A stretch of DNA of 63,627 bases, counting the filler, from Neolecta irregularis DAH-3 (lineage: Eukaryota), in NCBI GenBank assembly GCA_001929475.1. It is 5 parts of 5 records of this genome, joined end to end, with 100 filler letters (N's around TTAATTAATTAA, not from the genome) between each part and the next. Parts side by side here need not be neighbours in the genome. Positions count along the whole stretch, not along the records: positions 1 to 10,929 come from LXFE01000569.1; positions 11,030 to 30,853 come from LXFE01000571.1; 3 more parts are not named here. One strand, written 5' to 3'. Shown piece by piece: positions 1-12,609 of the stretch. The translations under genes were made by a program, and so were the position numbers. The notes under the pieces are model-generated. The model was not told where the DNA came from, did not search any database, and worked only from the letters and a program-made list of their open reading frames with translations. Each line of letters begins with the position of its first letter. Position 1 is the stretch's first letter.

Positions 1-306
1 CCCCCCCCCCCCACCTTTTTTCTCTAAAGTGTAATGTTGATCAAAACCTGGCGGCAAGTACTTTCGCAATTTTTAACACAAGTCTCTTTATCCTACATCC
101 CCCTGGAAACCGAATTAGAGTACTGGGATTTTTAACAAGTCGAGTTGTCATAATTTGATCCCTTAACACAACAAACTCTTTCTTAAAGTAACAGTTGATA
201 TTTGAAACTTGTATACTATTCATAAATATTACAATTGATATAGTGAACATGAGGAATTGGAAAATATTCACTTCTCAATCAGAAATTGTTCCGCTAAATA
301 TCATCC

Positions 307-1780
307 TTATACGCCAACCTTTGTATCAGACACAAACTTTTCCACATATCCCCCATTCAAGAGCTCACGTCTTAGTGTTTGTACTTGAATATGATGAAAT
401 AATGGAGAGTCTACAGAAGGTCTGATGTGTTGATCCCATCCTTCTGTTCGAATTGCTTTAAAGTTTAGGCTGAACATATGAACAGAGACTTCCATCAAGG
501 AGGGGCATCCAAGAACAATATTCTTGACTACATCGAATGTTAACGGTGGACATGAGTAATCGAGCTGTAACACTCGCAGTCTTTTAGCTCGAGATAATGA
601 GAGCATGCCGTGCGTCGTGAATTTCTCGGCGTGCTGTGGGCGAAAATACACTGTGCTTAGACAGGGACATTCGTCAACAAACACTTGAAAATCCTCGTCT
701 GATATACGTGAGTAAATCTTGAGACTTTGAATCGTAGAACCAGCCAAAGCAATGGTCTTGAACAAACCATGTGGAGGATCATGCTCATTACTGACAGGTT
801 ATACATGTGCCAAATGCGTAGGATTACCTTTGATATGTGAAAAAGAAGTGCTTCAGCTTTCTCATCGCAGATGGCGAATGAACCACAGACGGTGCTGCAT
901 ATAGTCTGTTGCGGCCGTCAATTGAAACGTCAAGGTACTCCAGTTCGCTTAATTCAAAGATTTGTCCCCATTGTGTTGATGATAAACCTTCCGATGAATT
1001 TACAGACAAACGTTTTAACCAGGAAACTGGCTGTACCCAGCAATTATCACAGGTAATACTCTTCAAGCTCTTGTTCTGAATAAGTAAACTTGACAAGTCT
1101 TTGCTCGAGGAATTGCGAAATTCGAGATTTTCAAGATTTTGACATTCTGCTATGTAGTTCTTCACATCCACAGCATTGGAGGGCATCGCGAGACTGATGA
1201 TTCGTTCGGGGAATTCGAAAACAATAGTATTCATGTAATGTTGGGCGGGTCTGGAGATTAGATTTCCAAAACTCAGCGCGATGTTGAACGAGCCTGTCTG
1301 GCGGAGTAGCCGAATCATCGACAACATTGTTTGATCTGCCTTTCGTGCAAGCGCTAATGTTGGCTTGTCTGTCACTCCGAGCATAGTCCACGAATGAATT
1401 CCAAGCTGCATTGCACGTAGATTCCGCGCCGAGGGGAGAATTTTCCGAAGTGTTGCCACCTCGTGGTTGAAAAGTTTAATTGCTCTTCTAATGTCGCTGG
1501 GATTTGCATCCACCTCTTTCAAATCCCAAACCAGCCTTTTCGTATGAATGAGATTAGTCAATGCAGAAGATGCATTTTGACTTCGAGTGGACCTTTTGTG
1601 ATTTGGCAGGTTTAAACCTTTGGAGATTCTTCCCAGATCGATCTCCCTCCAGAGAATAGGAACGACCACCGCGTGGGATTGACGAGAAAGAAGAAGCACT
1701 GTGTTTAGATCAGGCGGTTCTAAATAGACTGAAATCTGCGCGAACATCTCGGGAGGGATGTTGCTAAACGTCGTGGACAT
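307..1780 (-). CDS. F-box / LRR-like protein (2 exons, intron ~791-827)
   Basis: N-terminal F-box-like motif (FSNIPPEMFAQISVYL...L...SR...VVPILWREIDL) and LRR-like units (CQNLENLEF, CPSLMEV). A GTAATC..CAG intron joins ORFs 824-1780 and 307-765 in frame. Confidence 0.75.
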
Positions 1781-3387
1781 GTAGGCAAACCTGGTTTGAA
1801 GGCGACAATATATCGCTCACTATCAATGATCCCGATCTACAATGCCGGACGGGACAGCTGGACCCAGAACCCGACGTATCTCCAGGCCAATAAAAGGGGA
1901 AGAGGGGCTGATATGAAAAGATGGACGAGAGAAGAAGCAGATCGGCTGTAAAAATGCAGGGTTGCTTCTGGACATTTCTGACGTTAGTTGCATCAGAAGA
2001 AACGCCCTAGATATCAGCTTAATCCTACCTGTGTTACATGCGACGCTCTTCTGATTCGATGATGTGACAGCAACCTCAGCCGAACCGCACCAATCGTGAG
2101 AATGTCGAGTGCTCATTGGTGTACGCAAACTTCGCGAGCGCGTTGAGTAGAACATTCAAATATTTTCATTTTCTCAAGATCTTCGGTCTCTGAAGTATTC
2201 CTGCACATATTTGCTCAGAAATTCAGTAGTTATGGTTGTAATGCTAGAGTGAGACAGATACATTTAATTATTAATACGTCCAACCCATGTAATGCAAAGC
2301 AGCGCCACAATCGTATAATACGTCAATGGCGGATCGACTTGGACGAGTAGTATTCAAATAGACAGAAGGTTATGATTGACAGAGACATAAATAGACTAAC
2401 CAGGACATATTTTGTTTACATGACAGCCCTTGCAAGTATTTTTAGGCAAACATTGCCACATTGCCTCTCTTTCGCGCCTCACTATGATGCATAAAAAATA
2501 CAAAGCCATCTTTAGCGATGGAACATGCTACAGCCGCTTCATTACATGTTGCTATCCCGGTAACCGAGATAACGCGAACTCCAACAGAGAGAAATTTCGA
2601 GAATAGTAGCCGAGAGGTCAAAATCCAACAAATTGTTAGCTGGTCTGCGAATTATGAAGCTAGAATTGATAGGGTATGTAGCTTTTGACAAGCAGTATTG
2701 CCTGACATAGTCCAAGACGCAGGCATAGGTCTCGTGATGTAACAACAAACTATATTTTGCTTCAGGAGTTGGATAGCTCTCGCTGCAATATCATTGGGGC
2801 ACATGTTTGAGCAAGCTCTGTCTAGTTGGCTCAAAGAATAGTGTGGCACGAGGCCAATTCGTCTCTAGAGCTAATGCGGACTGAAAGAATCAGCAATACT
2901 AGCAGCCTGACTGTTACAAGCCTGTCAACTTGATTACAGTCCAGGTTATTGAAACACTGGGGGCTATAACAGAAATATCAGACAGGTTAATATATTCTAT
3001 CTGACATCAGATATAAGCACACTAAACTAGCGAGTATGGAATCATCCGTTCAGAAAGCCACGTTCATTATTTCAATCGCCGTATATATGAAATTGCACTA
3101 CTGTAAGCGAGCGATCTTTTTTCAGAACCAAATGTGTTGGTCCAGATAACCTCAAATGAGGAGAATATTCTCTTGTCAAAATAATGCTTTCCTTTTTGGC
3201 TTTTTAAAATAGAGTATGTTACAAGTATCAAACAAGTGACATGAATGAATTCTGAAAATCTTCTCTGTTTCTAGGTTCGCTGTTGCCCTGGAGTAACGGT
3301 CTCAAATCATAAAAAGACCTAATACCACGACTTTGACCTTAATAGTGATATCAATGATCACTGTAGATCGCGGCCACTCCTTCCAAA

Positions 3388-4789
3388 TTAGCAAACCCTC
3401 AGACTGTTTATATTTTTCTGAGCGTTCCATTCCAAGTCAGTAAACATCCCCTCATCTAGCCTTCAGGATTAGCGTATATATTACATGACTGAACGTGCTT
3501 GAGTATTTGATATTCAGAGTGTTTCTTAATGTCTACTGGAGACAATCTAAAAGGGTTTAAACCATCTGTCATGCTGTCATCTCTGACACTACGCCCTTCA
3601 ACGAAGTTTATTACTTTTTTAGATGGTTTGTGACTAGGATCAAAGACAAGTAGGGTTCGTTGCCCCTTGCGACCGATCTCATATCCTACTATTGTCCTTG
3701 AATGACCGAAATGTTGCAGAAAGAGAGGAGGCAAATTCGATGTGGTTACCGTAGAGATTTGTGATCCCCGCTTTCTCGTATACTGGCAAAAGTAAGATTC
3801 GACATATGATAAAAGTGCATTTTGAGTGGTGAAAGCATCCTGAGTCGGTCCAAAATCGACAACAGTGGATCTACAACGTAAGGATGATATGGAAAGCGAG
3901 GCTGCTGCCTGAATCCAAGATACGTCAGCGCAACCCAAACTTCAGTTGGACCAATCCACTTCTTCGTTCCTGTCAGTCTTCCGCGTAATTGGACACGTCC
4001 TTCGGGATCAAGACCTTTTAGTAATCAGCTTGCTAAATATCATTTTTGAAAGAGAAAAGAATACCCCTATTCCAACCCTGTTCTATTGCCATTTGTAGTG
4101 TATAGATGTCAACATTTCGATTGCCAAGAGCACAATGATACTCATTGGATCTCTTCTTCCGTATGTACGACATGAGCATCATCATATTCCGATAGGCACA
4201 ACCCCATCCAAGATCTGCTCTTTGCGATCCGATAAATTCAGTACTCGAGTCCACAAGTACCGCTTCCTTCACGGTGGGATCCGATGCCAATATATCCGCT
4301 ATTGTTATCAAAAGACCTATAGAAATGAGGGAGGAAGCGGGACTTGAAAGGATATACTTGAGGGTTTTGACGCAATAGAGAAAACCCTTCCAGGATGACA
4401 TTTTCGAATCTTTGAATACCTATCTCGATTCTCTCCCAAGATTCCAGTAATAAGTGTTTGTAACATCTTTGGTGCTTTGGAAGATGCATCAAGATTCATT
4501 TCTGACCGCTGGTTTCGAAATGTGAAAGAAGTAGATGTTTCCTCTGGTTTCTAGATATTCTGAGTCCTTTGCTGATAAAAATAGGGAAATATACCTTCGA
4601 TGATCCGAGATAAATGTCATGTTGCGACCTAGTTGGAATTTCTTCAAACGCAACCAATATATCTTTATTGACGTTCGGCAGACCCATAGCACATGTCGTC
4701 TCGAGATGATGAGCAATCGAATCCTGATCTCCCCGAAAATCGAAGCATGCTGGACAAGTGAAACCAGTAGTTGAAATGATAGAATCCAT
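3388..4789 (-). CDS. mug105: ZUP1/Mug105-family deubiquitinase (peptidase C78) with N-terminal Zn finger
   Basis: Catalytic motifs DLGWGCAYRN, KKWIGPTE, QHFGHSRTIVG and LLVFDP; N-terminal CPAC..HHLETTC finger; multi-exon. Confidence 0.85.
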
Positions 4790-5968
4790 ATTCTCCCCTG
4801 TGAGAGTGTATTCCTAAAACAATAGGAGATAAAATTGGGTCAATAGGAGATATTTGAGAAATTTCAAGACTCTTCAAGATACGTGTGGGATTTCTGGTGG
4901 GGAACATCAAAGGACTGATTTACTCTGACTGGAGAGGTATTCTTCAACTGAACACGATCAGATGACACAAGAATCAATCTATGTAATTAGACTAAGAATC
5001 ACAGAATAGATTTAAAGAAATATTTTGATTCCTCTTTTCAAGAATGGTATTACTAGGGCAGCTGATGTTTTCCATCTCTTCCAACTCATTGATCTTGATT
5101 CTTGATAATTATTTCTTCCCGTTTACTTGTTTCCTCTCCCAACTCTTTGTTCCTAAACAATCATGTGAATGATTCCGTTGACTTTTCGCATTTAACTACG
5201 TTGTCTAAAAGTAAATATTCAGTTGGGAAATACTCACCGTTCTCGTTTCTGTGGAGATGTCCAAGCATTTACCAAAGATATACAGGATCCCGCGGAGAGC
5301 ATATTGATCCACGTATTCCATGAATTAGAGGCTTGGTGAACAAGCGAGTTTAGAGTGATGGCAGCTGGGTCATTGCTGGAAACGTGTTTGATTCATGGTA
5401 TCTCGAAGTTAAAATCTTGCTGTTGTTTCATCGCTTCTCCAGTTGCCAAGATCCTTCAAATGACAATTAATAGAAGATCTTTCATGGTATTTGGGGTTTG
5501 ACATAAAAACGATGGCCTCATGGAGCAAAGTCACCTTCTAGAGACTTCTAGATTGTGCCTAAGACAGATTGTAACGTAGGTGACTGTCCTGCAAGTACTC
5601 TTTGTGGTCCTTAAGCCTCCCCTTGAACCATTGTAGAGAAGGCTTTCATGAAGAAAGATGAGATGAGATGAAGGGATTCAAGGCTAGGCAGTCCTACCTA
5701 CGGTGTCATTTAGACTGAAAGCAATATTTGCTCCTTCTCTGCTAGAGGCTCGTTTTCCGATAAAAGATTAAATCGTCGCTGAAATTAAGATCGAAGAAAG
5801 TCATCAAGACATCCTTCCTCGAGTAACATGACATCGATCAAGACTTCGAAGGATCATGAAAAGAATGAATATATTTCACGTACGAACCGATCCTAACCCC
5901 TAAAAGGGAAACATTCCTGAAACAGAATCATTACGTAAAGATACGTAAAGAAAATCGCCTCATGTGCG

Positions 5969-7753
5969 TTACATTGAGGAATAGCTGTAATAATCATCTT
6001 CCCAGCCAGATACATCATCCTTTTCATCCAGAGCCTCGATCAGACCTTGAACTGTCAAGCCATATTCTTCCTCACCACCGTCAGATAGCCGCTTAGGTGG
6101 AAGGATAATCTTCCAAGTATTGTGAACGACCCCATTTTTAGCCACGATATCGGTCGTCGTGACCAGACTTTCTCCATTTACTTTTACATTGGTAAAGTGT
6201 CTGAATTTGAAGATGTCAATGCTGAGAGATCGGTCTGCCTAGAAATTTTAATAATTGCAAAAAGGGAATGGATACAAGGAGAGTCGGGACATTTATGGAG
6301 TAATGCTTTCTCTCAGACTCGGCGTCAACGAGAACATCCGTATAAACGACGTTGTTTGGAGCAATGTGAAACTGAAGGATTTTCTTGAGACAGTTTTCTC
6401 CCCATTTCGAGAACAAGAAAAACCGAACTTTAGGTCTGCGCTATTAGCAAGATCCAGACGAGGAATGAAATACGGAAGTCTGGAGAATGCGTAATTAGAA
6501 GGAACAAATACAGTTCCTTTTAATTCGTCGATCAAACCAGTTTTGTAAATAGCATACAAAAACGTTGATGAATGCTCGGCGAACAGATTCAATACTTCCT
6601 TAATTTCCGGAGGCGCAAATACAACAGAGTTTACCGAATGAAGAATACCGTTCTTGCAATGAACATCCTTGAATACAACGCGAGAGTAAAAATTGAGTTT
6701 AAGTCCGTGAAGATCGCTCGAGACTCGCATATGTTGGACAAGATCTTGGGATTTCAAGGTCGTTGGAAGCACCCGAGACGCAAAAAGACGATGAGAATCG
6801 TATACTTCTGGCGATATATGGTACGGCAAAAGCGTTCTCAATCTCTCGTCAGAAAAGTGATGCTCCTTGAGATGATCAATTGCTTCATCGGTTGGCGCGA
6901 AGAGGGTTAAAGTAGCATCGTTCTTGCTCAATTCGTCCGAGAGGTCCTGATCGTCTTTAATGAGTGCGTACAACTTTCTATGACTAGAAAGTTTAGCCGA
7001 TCTCCTCTTTAGGATGGTGTACAATGGACTGGCCTCCAAAACTTCCAGCAGAGTCTTGTCATTCTGATCATGGCAGTCTTTATCAACCTGAGGTGGAACA
7101 GGCCAGTCTAACTCCGAGGCAGGCAAAGGAGGAGGGAATAAGAGCAAGGCATCTTGGCCATCTGATACAGGGAGATGTTCCATTCGGTGGCCTTGAAATG
7201 GCCTTTGAGGCCCATGTTCGTGGGGCAAGTCGGCTCTGACCGGAAATAAAGAACTGGGCTCTGGATGTAGATGCGGGAACTGGTCGTTTTCCGGTTTTTC
7301 TTTCAGGCGGCCTGCCTTGGGAGGAATCACGATCCCAGAATTTTGTCCCGGTCTTTGATCGTTCGGCTCCCGCTGATATGGAAAGTTCGGAGTATGGAAA
7401 TGCTCGGCTCCAACAAAACTGTTTTCAGCTGGAGGAGGCGAATGCCATTGAGGAGAGATGCCTGCATCTGCCGATCGTTGGGCTGGTCCAGCTTGCTTCA
7501 AACCCGAAAGAACACCGACAGAGTTCTCACCGGAATCTGGTTTGTAGTTGAAGGTCCTGTCACTCTCACCGAGAATATGATACACCGGCGAGTCATAGCC
7601 TTTGTGATCCCTCAAATTTCCGCCCGCCGAAGAATCCGAGTCAACCAGGAATTCGGGATTCTTTTGAATGATAAAGTCTCGGCGGAAGTTGCCTGGGGGG
7701 ATCGCATAGCCCAGCACAGCAGGGAAGACAGTCGCAAGTATGTAGGTTTTCAT
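5969..7753 (-). CDS. Secreted fasciclin (FAS1) domain protein, two FAS1 domains
   Basis: Signal peptide MKTYILATVFPAVLG; FAS1 motifs TLFAPTDEA, YHIS, DVHCKNGILHSVNSV, TVFVPSNYAF, DIVAKNGVVH. Canonical short introns restore the frame. Confidence 0.85.
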
Positions 7754-8305
7754 GATTTCTGGAACTGGAATGTGGGGGCCTCAGGGCTATAAATGGCCAA
7801 GCGTTGGCACACCATTTGTCGTGGGTGGCGTGGACCACAAATGAAACGGGAAGTGTGTTGATATGGCCTATACTATCATTCCACTATTGGCATCCTTTTG
7901 CAACACGTCGCATGTCTTTTGTATTGGGCCAATCGATGTTAATGAACGTGATTCCTTTGTTTTATTGTACAGGGAGTCATGTAACTAGACAGCGAAAGCA
8001 TTATCTACGAGAAAATCTCGGCCGCTGCATGTTGAGAATCCTAGCCCTGTTCTACATGTCACAATGGGATTAGAATACTGTAGTTCTTCTGCTGGAAGAT
8101 ATACGCCGATCTCCCATTTTCCTCTTGCTGTTTAAGGATCATGCTAAGCCATTTGGGGTCGTCCTAGTTCATTAGACAGGCGTGTTGACTTGCCGACAGG
8201 GTGTTCCTTTACCTCACTTTATTGGCAAATCGGCCATGGGGTAGGAAGTATTCTCTCTACGTGATTTCGAGCATTTGTACATTTAAACAGACTCCTGACA
8301 CGCAT

Positions 8306-8340
8306 AGAACTAGGGTTAGAACTAGGGTTAGGGTTAGGGT
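8306..8340 (+). repeat. Interstitial telomere-like TTAGGG repeat
   Basis: agaactagggttagaactagggttagggttagggt. Confidence 0.6.
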
Positions 8341-8939
8341 CAAGTTCCCGTAACTCAGGCTAGATAATCTACCAAGTCTTATTTTTCCAAGGGTCTAGCA
8401 CTTACAAAAATGGTCGAAACGAAGACAATGCAAGGAGGTAGCCTTGCACATAGTCTAACATCCAATTTAAATGTTCGCAGCTTTAGCTTGAATCGTTCCC
8501 TTTGCAAGTTTCAAGTAGACTCGGTCTAGACTTTGTTCTTTAGCCCTTGCTTCTGGAAGAATTTGGAATCTAGACTATCCATTTTATTCTGTCGTTTGAG
8601 ATATTTCCTTACTCCACACCATTGGACACATTCAAAAGGTCTCAGGATCACAAATTCGGGACATTCAGTTCTCTTCATATACGACGCTCATGAGCATGAC
8701 AAATCCAAATAATCGTGTGATTCATTCCATGTGACTGGTCAGATCCAAGATAGTTATAGTTGAAACACTAATACAATAATCGATGATGCTCCCTAACTGC
8801 GTCTGCGGCGCTCTGAACAATGTGCTAGGCCTTCTCGACATGTTCTTGTCTCAAAATTATTCCACCAGCCGCAAAACATATGACCCACCTATCGTGAAGT
8901 GTGCAGCCCGTCATGAACACCCCTCTTCATAAAATTTTC

Positions 8940-10765
8940 ATCTAGAACCAGCTTTGTAATATCATCATCTTCGATGTAGAAGAATACCAAACCCATTGTC
9001 GGCCCAGAAAAGAAAGTGAATAATGTGTCTGGGCGAAGAAGCGTGGCAAACTTTTCCGTAAATGCTATTGTCTTAAGGTAAACTTGGTGTTTTCCAAGAA
9101 TATTTTCCGCAATCCCGATAACCCATATGATCTAAATACAAAACCATAATATCAAAGCACGGAAACGTCGACCCAAAGGAATCCCTCAATTTCTGGATAA
9201 GAATAATCGGAATTCATAAAGAGAATCAATCAATGACCGATTCACTTTCACTTGCCTGATTTCGTCGGTAGCTCGGCATGAGAGAAAATATACCTGTAAG
9301 ATTTTTTCGTTTGTTATTGAAGAGGACACCAATCTTTAGTTCACTGAAACCGTCAACATACCATGCCTCGAAGTTTGTAAGAAGACATTTATGACGATTC
9401 ACATGAAGCATTTTTCTTTTTGAAATACTTACCCTATATTTCTCTTTTTATTTGTTCCGAAACATTCCATATATACCAGAAACTTCATGTAAACTCCCCT
9501 AGAAATGTGGACCTGAACCCGCAGTGAAAGTACATCCACTAATCTGCCTTGTTCTGCTTACATAAAGCAAACCCACATTCGTACCCTTGTAACTTTTCAC
9601 AATATCTCGCTAAAAACAAGGTATTTCAGCCGACCGCAAACCCCAAATTTCGATCTGCATATTTCAGACATTATATAAATATATTATCGCCCTAGGACCT
9701 GAGCTAGTCGAATCGTGACCCCGGAGACGAATACTGCTATCTCCATAACCAGACAAAATCTCCTGAATTAAATATTCTTGCAGTTTGTCGTAAAGAAATG
9801 TGTTCCGCGCGAAACGTCAAATCGCGCGAAACGTAAAGGGAAATAATCAGCGCCACCACTTACCACTCCAACGCTTTGAATATACCCACCGAGATGCCTG
9901 TTATCTGTGACCCACCTCTAAGAGAACCAGCGACACTATTCACAACAAGACTATTAAAGCATTTGAGCAGCACTGCCCGGATTCCTCATCCAAGCTCCCT
10001 CCTCCCCTCTTCCTCCACGATTTTTACCATCACCAATTTCATTCGCGATTCACTATCCTATCTGTTTGGCACGGTTCTGCTTCTGACGTCGGTCCCCTGT
10101 CTTCCTAAGAGTATCTTCGTACCGGGAGTATGGGGCGTGCTGACGAGTCACCGTATGTAAATGGGGCTTAGCTTAGCTTTTCCTTTTTTTACATACAGCG
10201 TGTACTGGAAGGAAGTATGTTGTGTTCTGCAAGTATATAGATTAGTCCTCCGCCCCTCTTTCTTCTCAATCAATATATCAAAGATCATAAGTACAACTTC
10301 AAGAACCATATCGCTACTACCCTCCCATCCACCGCAGCCGACAATTACTCTATATCCATCCTTTTCCTGACTTTGACCCTTGGGACGGATTCTGCGCGAC
10401 AAGTTTTATTATGGATTTTATTATTCTACGTTTCGCTAACGTTTCATTAAAAGAATCTGGGTATCTCTTCTCGATATGCAAATTAACTTTCCTTGCCGTG
10501 GCTTATTCAATAATTTCATCGTTTTTAATCCGCTCTCCAGCTTGCTATGCATAGTCAGCAGGCTTTCAACAGCGTTTCTTTTGAAGGAGCCAGTATGTTC
10601 CGCGAACCAAAACCTTATTGTTCTATATTGCCTTCATATACCTGTTATTTACGAAATTGCCTATTTCCTTGTCCAGCAATGTTCTATTATCAAACAGTGT
10701 TTTCATATTCTGCCTCACATGGACCTTGCCATTGTTAAACGGGTCGAACTCACCAAAGGATACTC
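8940..10765 (-). pseudogene. Possible degenerate multi-exon gene of unknown family, cut by an LTR
   Basis: Coding-like minus-strand segments bounded by GT/AG (e.g. FGEFDPFNNGKVHVRQNMKTLFDNRTLL; RMKLVMVKIVEEEGRRELG*GIRAVLL with an in-frame stop). No family recognised. Confidence 0.3.
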
Positions 10766-10929
10766 TGTAAGCTATGCGCTTAGAAGAACGGTAAGACCAA
10801 GTGGAGTAACGAGCCTAAGATTCCAGCCTAGATATACAATTGTTCTGTCCCACCTGTGGAATCGTCCCACCTGTGGAATCGCACAGCCACACCCCCAAAT
10901 CTGTAACCGTCCTCCACCAACCTTACCAC
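10766..10929. mobile_element. LTR fragment, truncated by the contig end; related to the solo LTR at 34272
   Basis: Begins TGTAAGCTATGCGCTT..GAAG...TAAGACCAA...AGCCTAAG, matching 34272-34330. Confidence 0.7.
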
Positions 10930-11029
10930 NNNNNNNNNNNNNNNNNNNNNNNNNNNNNNNNNNNNNNNNNNNNTTAATTAATTAANNNNNNNNNNNNNNN
11001 NNNNNNNNNNNNNNNNNNNNNNNNNNNNN
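10930..11029. other. Artificial contig spacer
   Basis: N-run + TTAATTAATTAA (stops in all six frames) + N-run. Confidence 0.98.
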
Positions 11030-11519
11030 GTTTCACTGCTTCGAATTTGGTCACTATTTATCAAAGGATGTTTTTCGTCACCAACACTATTCAGACTGCT
11101 CCAGATCACCGTGAAGAAAGACTGAAAATCTTTATCAACTATTATTGTAAAATGTTCAACTATCACAATGGAGTTCTGGATTTCATTTTTGGTTTTCCAG
11201 CAGGAGAAAGGGCTCAGCAGATAAGTATCCTTGCTGAAAGGACACAATCTTTTCTCGAAAGCTCACTCTCCATTATCATGAGAAATGATTTCGGTATAGT
11301 TATGAGCTTCGAGCGTTCACACACTTTGTCTGGAAGTAGTACTCGGGTAGACTTAGGTTAAACAAGGTTGTAGATAGTCTGCTGCCTGAGATACCTTTTT
11401 GCAATAAATAAGGAAAAGAAATTAGTTTTTAGCGACTCCGTACATGCCAGTGTCAAAAAATCTAGAATTTCCAACTCCAAAATTGTATAAATTCCCAAAT
11501 GCTCGGATGAAATGAAGTC

Positions 11520-12494
11520 CTATGAAGGCAGATTTAGCATGTGTCCCATTTTTTCAATCTGAAAGTTTAGCTGAGCTATTAAAAGTACAAATATATACCT
11601 TTGTTTTTAAGTAGTCTCCCAGTTCTTTTCCTTGCACGCCTTTTTCTCCTTTCCACATTTTGGGGATCATAGCTTCCCGTGCTACCACCTTGATCTCTTT
11701 GTGCAAGCCCTCCACAGCAGCAATTTTACTGGGATTATTTGTCAGCAAACGTATTTCCGAGAGATTCAGATCTTTTAGGATCGATGTTGCAATGTCGTAA
11801 CTCCGAGCATCTGCCGGATGGCGTAACAACAAATTAGCTTCCACTGTATCATTACCGAGGTCTTGCAGATTGTAAGCTCTATGGATTTAGCGTGAGTTCG
11901 ATGGAGAACGTGATACTTTAATTTCTCGCCAAGGCCAATTCCTCGACCTTCCTGGCGAAGATATACGATTACTCCACAACCTTCGAGCGCCATCAAACGA
12001 GCAGCCTCGTCCAGCTGTTCGCCGCAATCACACCGTGCAGACCAAGCTGTTTCTCCAGTATAACATTCGGAATGAATTCTGACTAATGGTGCCTTTCCAT
12101 TGCCATCTTGTGGTGATGGACTATTTGGATCGATTTGTGAGGATATTCTCCCAGGAAATAACCTGCCAATATAGGCTCCTCTAATCATTCGATCCATTTC
12201 GGTCTCTCCGGATCGTGGCGCGTCAAGCGATCGGGAGCGAATGTTTGCACCAAACACGATAGCCAAGTGCTCCTTTGAGTCCATTGAATTCGTGTATAGG
12301 TGCAGAAATATTTCGGTACCAGAAGTAGTCGGTATTCTTGCGCGTACTACGCAATTTACGATAGGTAGGTTGGAAAATGGAGTACTGGGGCATTGTGGAG
12401 ATGCTGAAACATGATAGTGAGGAAAGGTCATTAGCGAAGGGGCCTTGGTCGATGGCTCTGTATTTACGATAGATGGCCAAAATTCTGAGGTCAT
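11520..12494 (-). CDS. RIB1: GTP cyclohydrolase II (riboflavin synthesis)
   Basis: Motifs [52 protein letters not shown] and KIEKMGHML; two GT-AG introns. Confidence 0.95.
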
Positions 12495-12609
12495 TGATCA
12501 AGATTCCTGTGAGGGATCAATAGGTGGAAATGAGAGGTGACATTTATGCCTACCGGCGGAGATCCAGTCAGCCGAGGTGATACGACATCTCTTAGACATG
12601 AAATATACA

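Noticed and set aside
1823-3300. Short ORFs here and at 4900-5900, 11030-11361 and 31170-32750
   Set aside because: No coherent spliced model or recognisable family; they may be decayed genes but cannot be supported.
9806-9838. Doubled CGCGAAA cell-cycle box
   Set aside because: Simple 17-bp tandem duplication with no intact gene start nearby.
10085-10175. RNase MRP-like AATGGGGCTTA motif
   Set aside because: The upstream GTCCCC lacks GAAA and lies only about 70 nt away, too close for MRP RNA.
12495-12600. Riboswitch or regulatory uORF upstream of RIB1
   Set aside because: A possible 5' intron and an out-of-frame ATG exist, but there is no FMN or TPP aptamer consensus.
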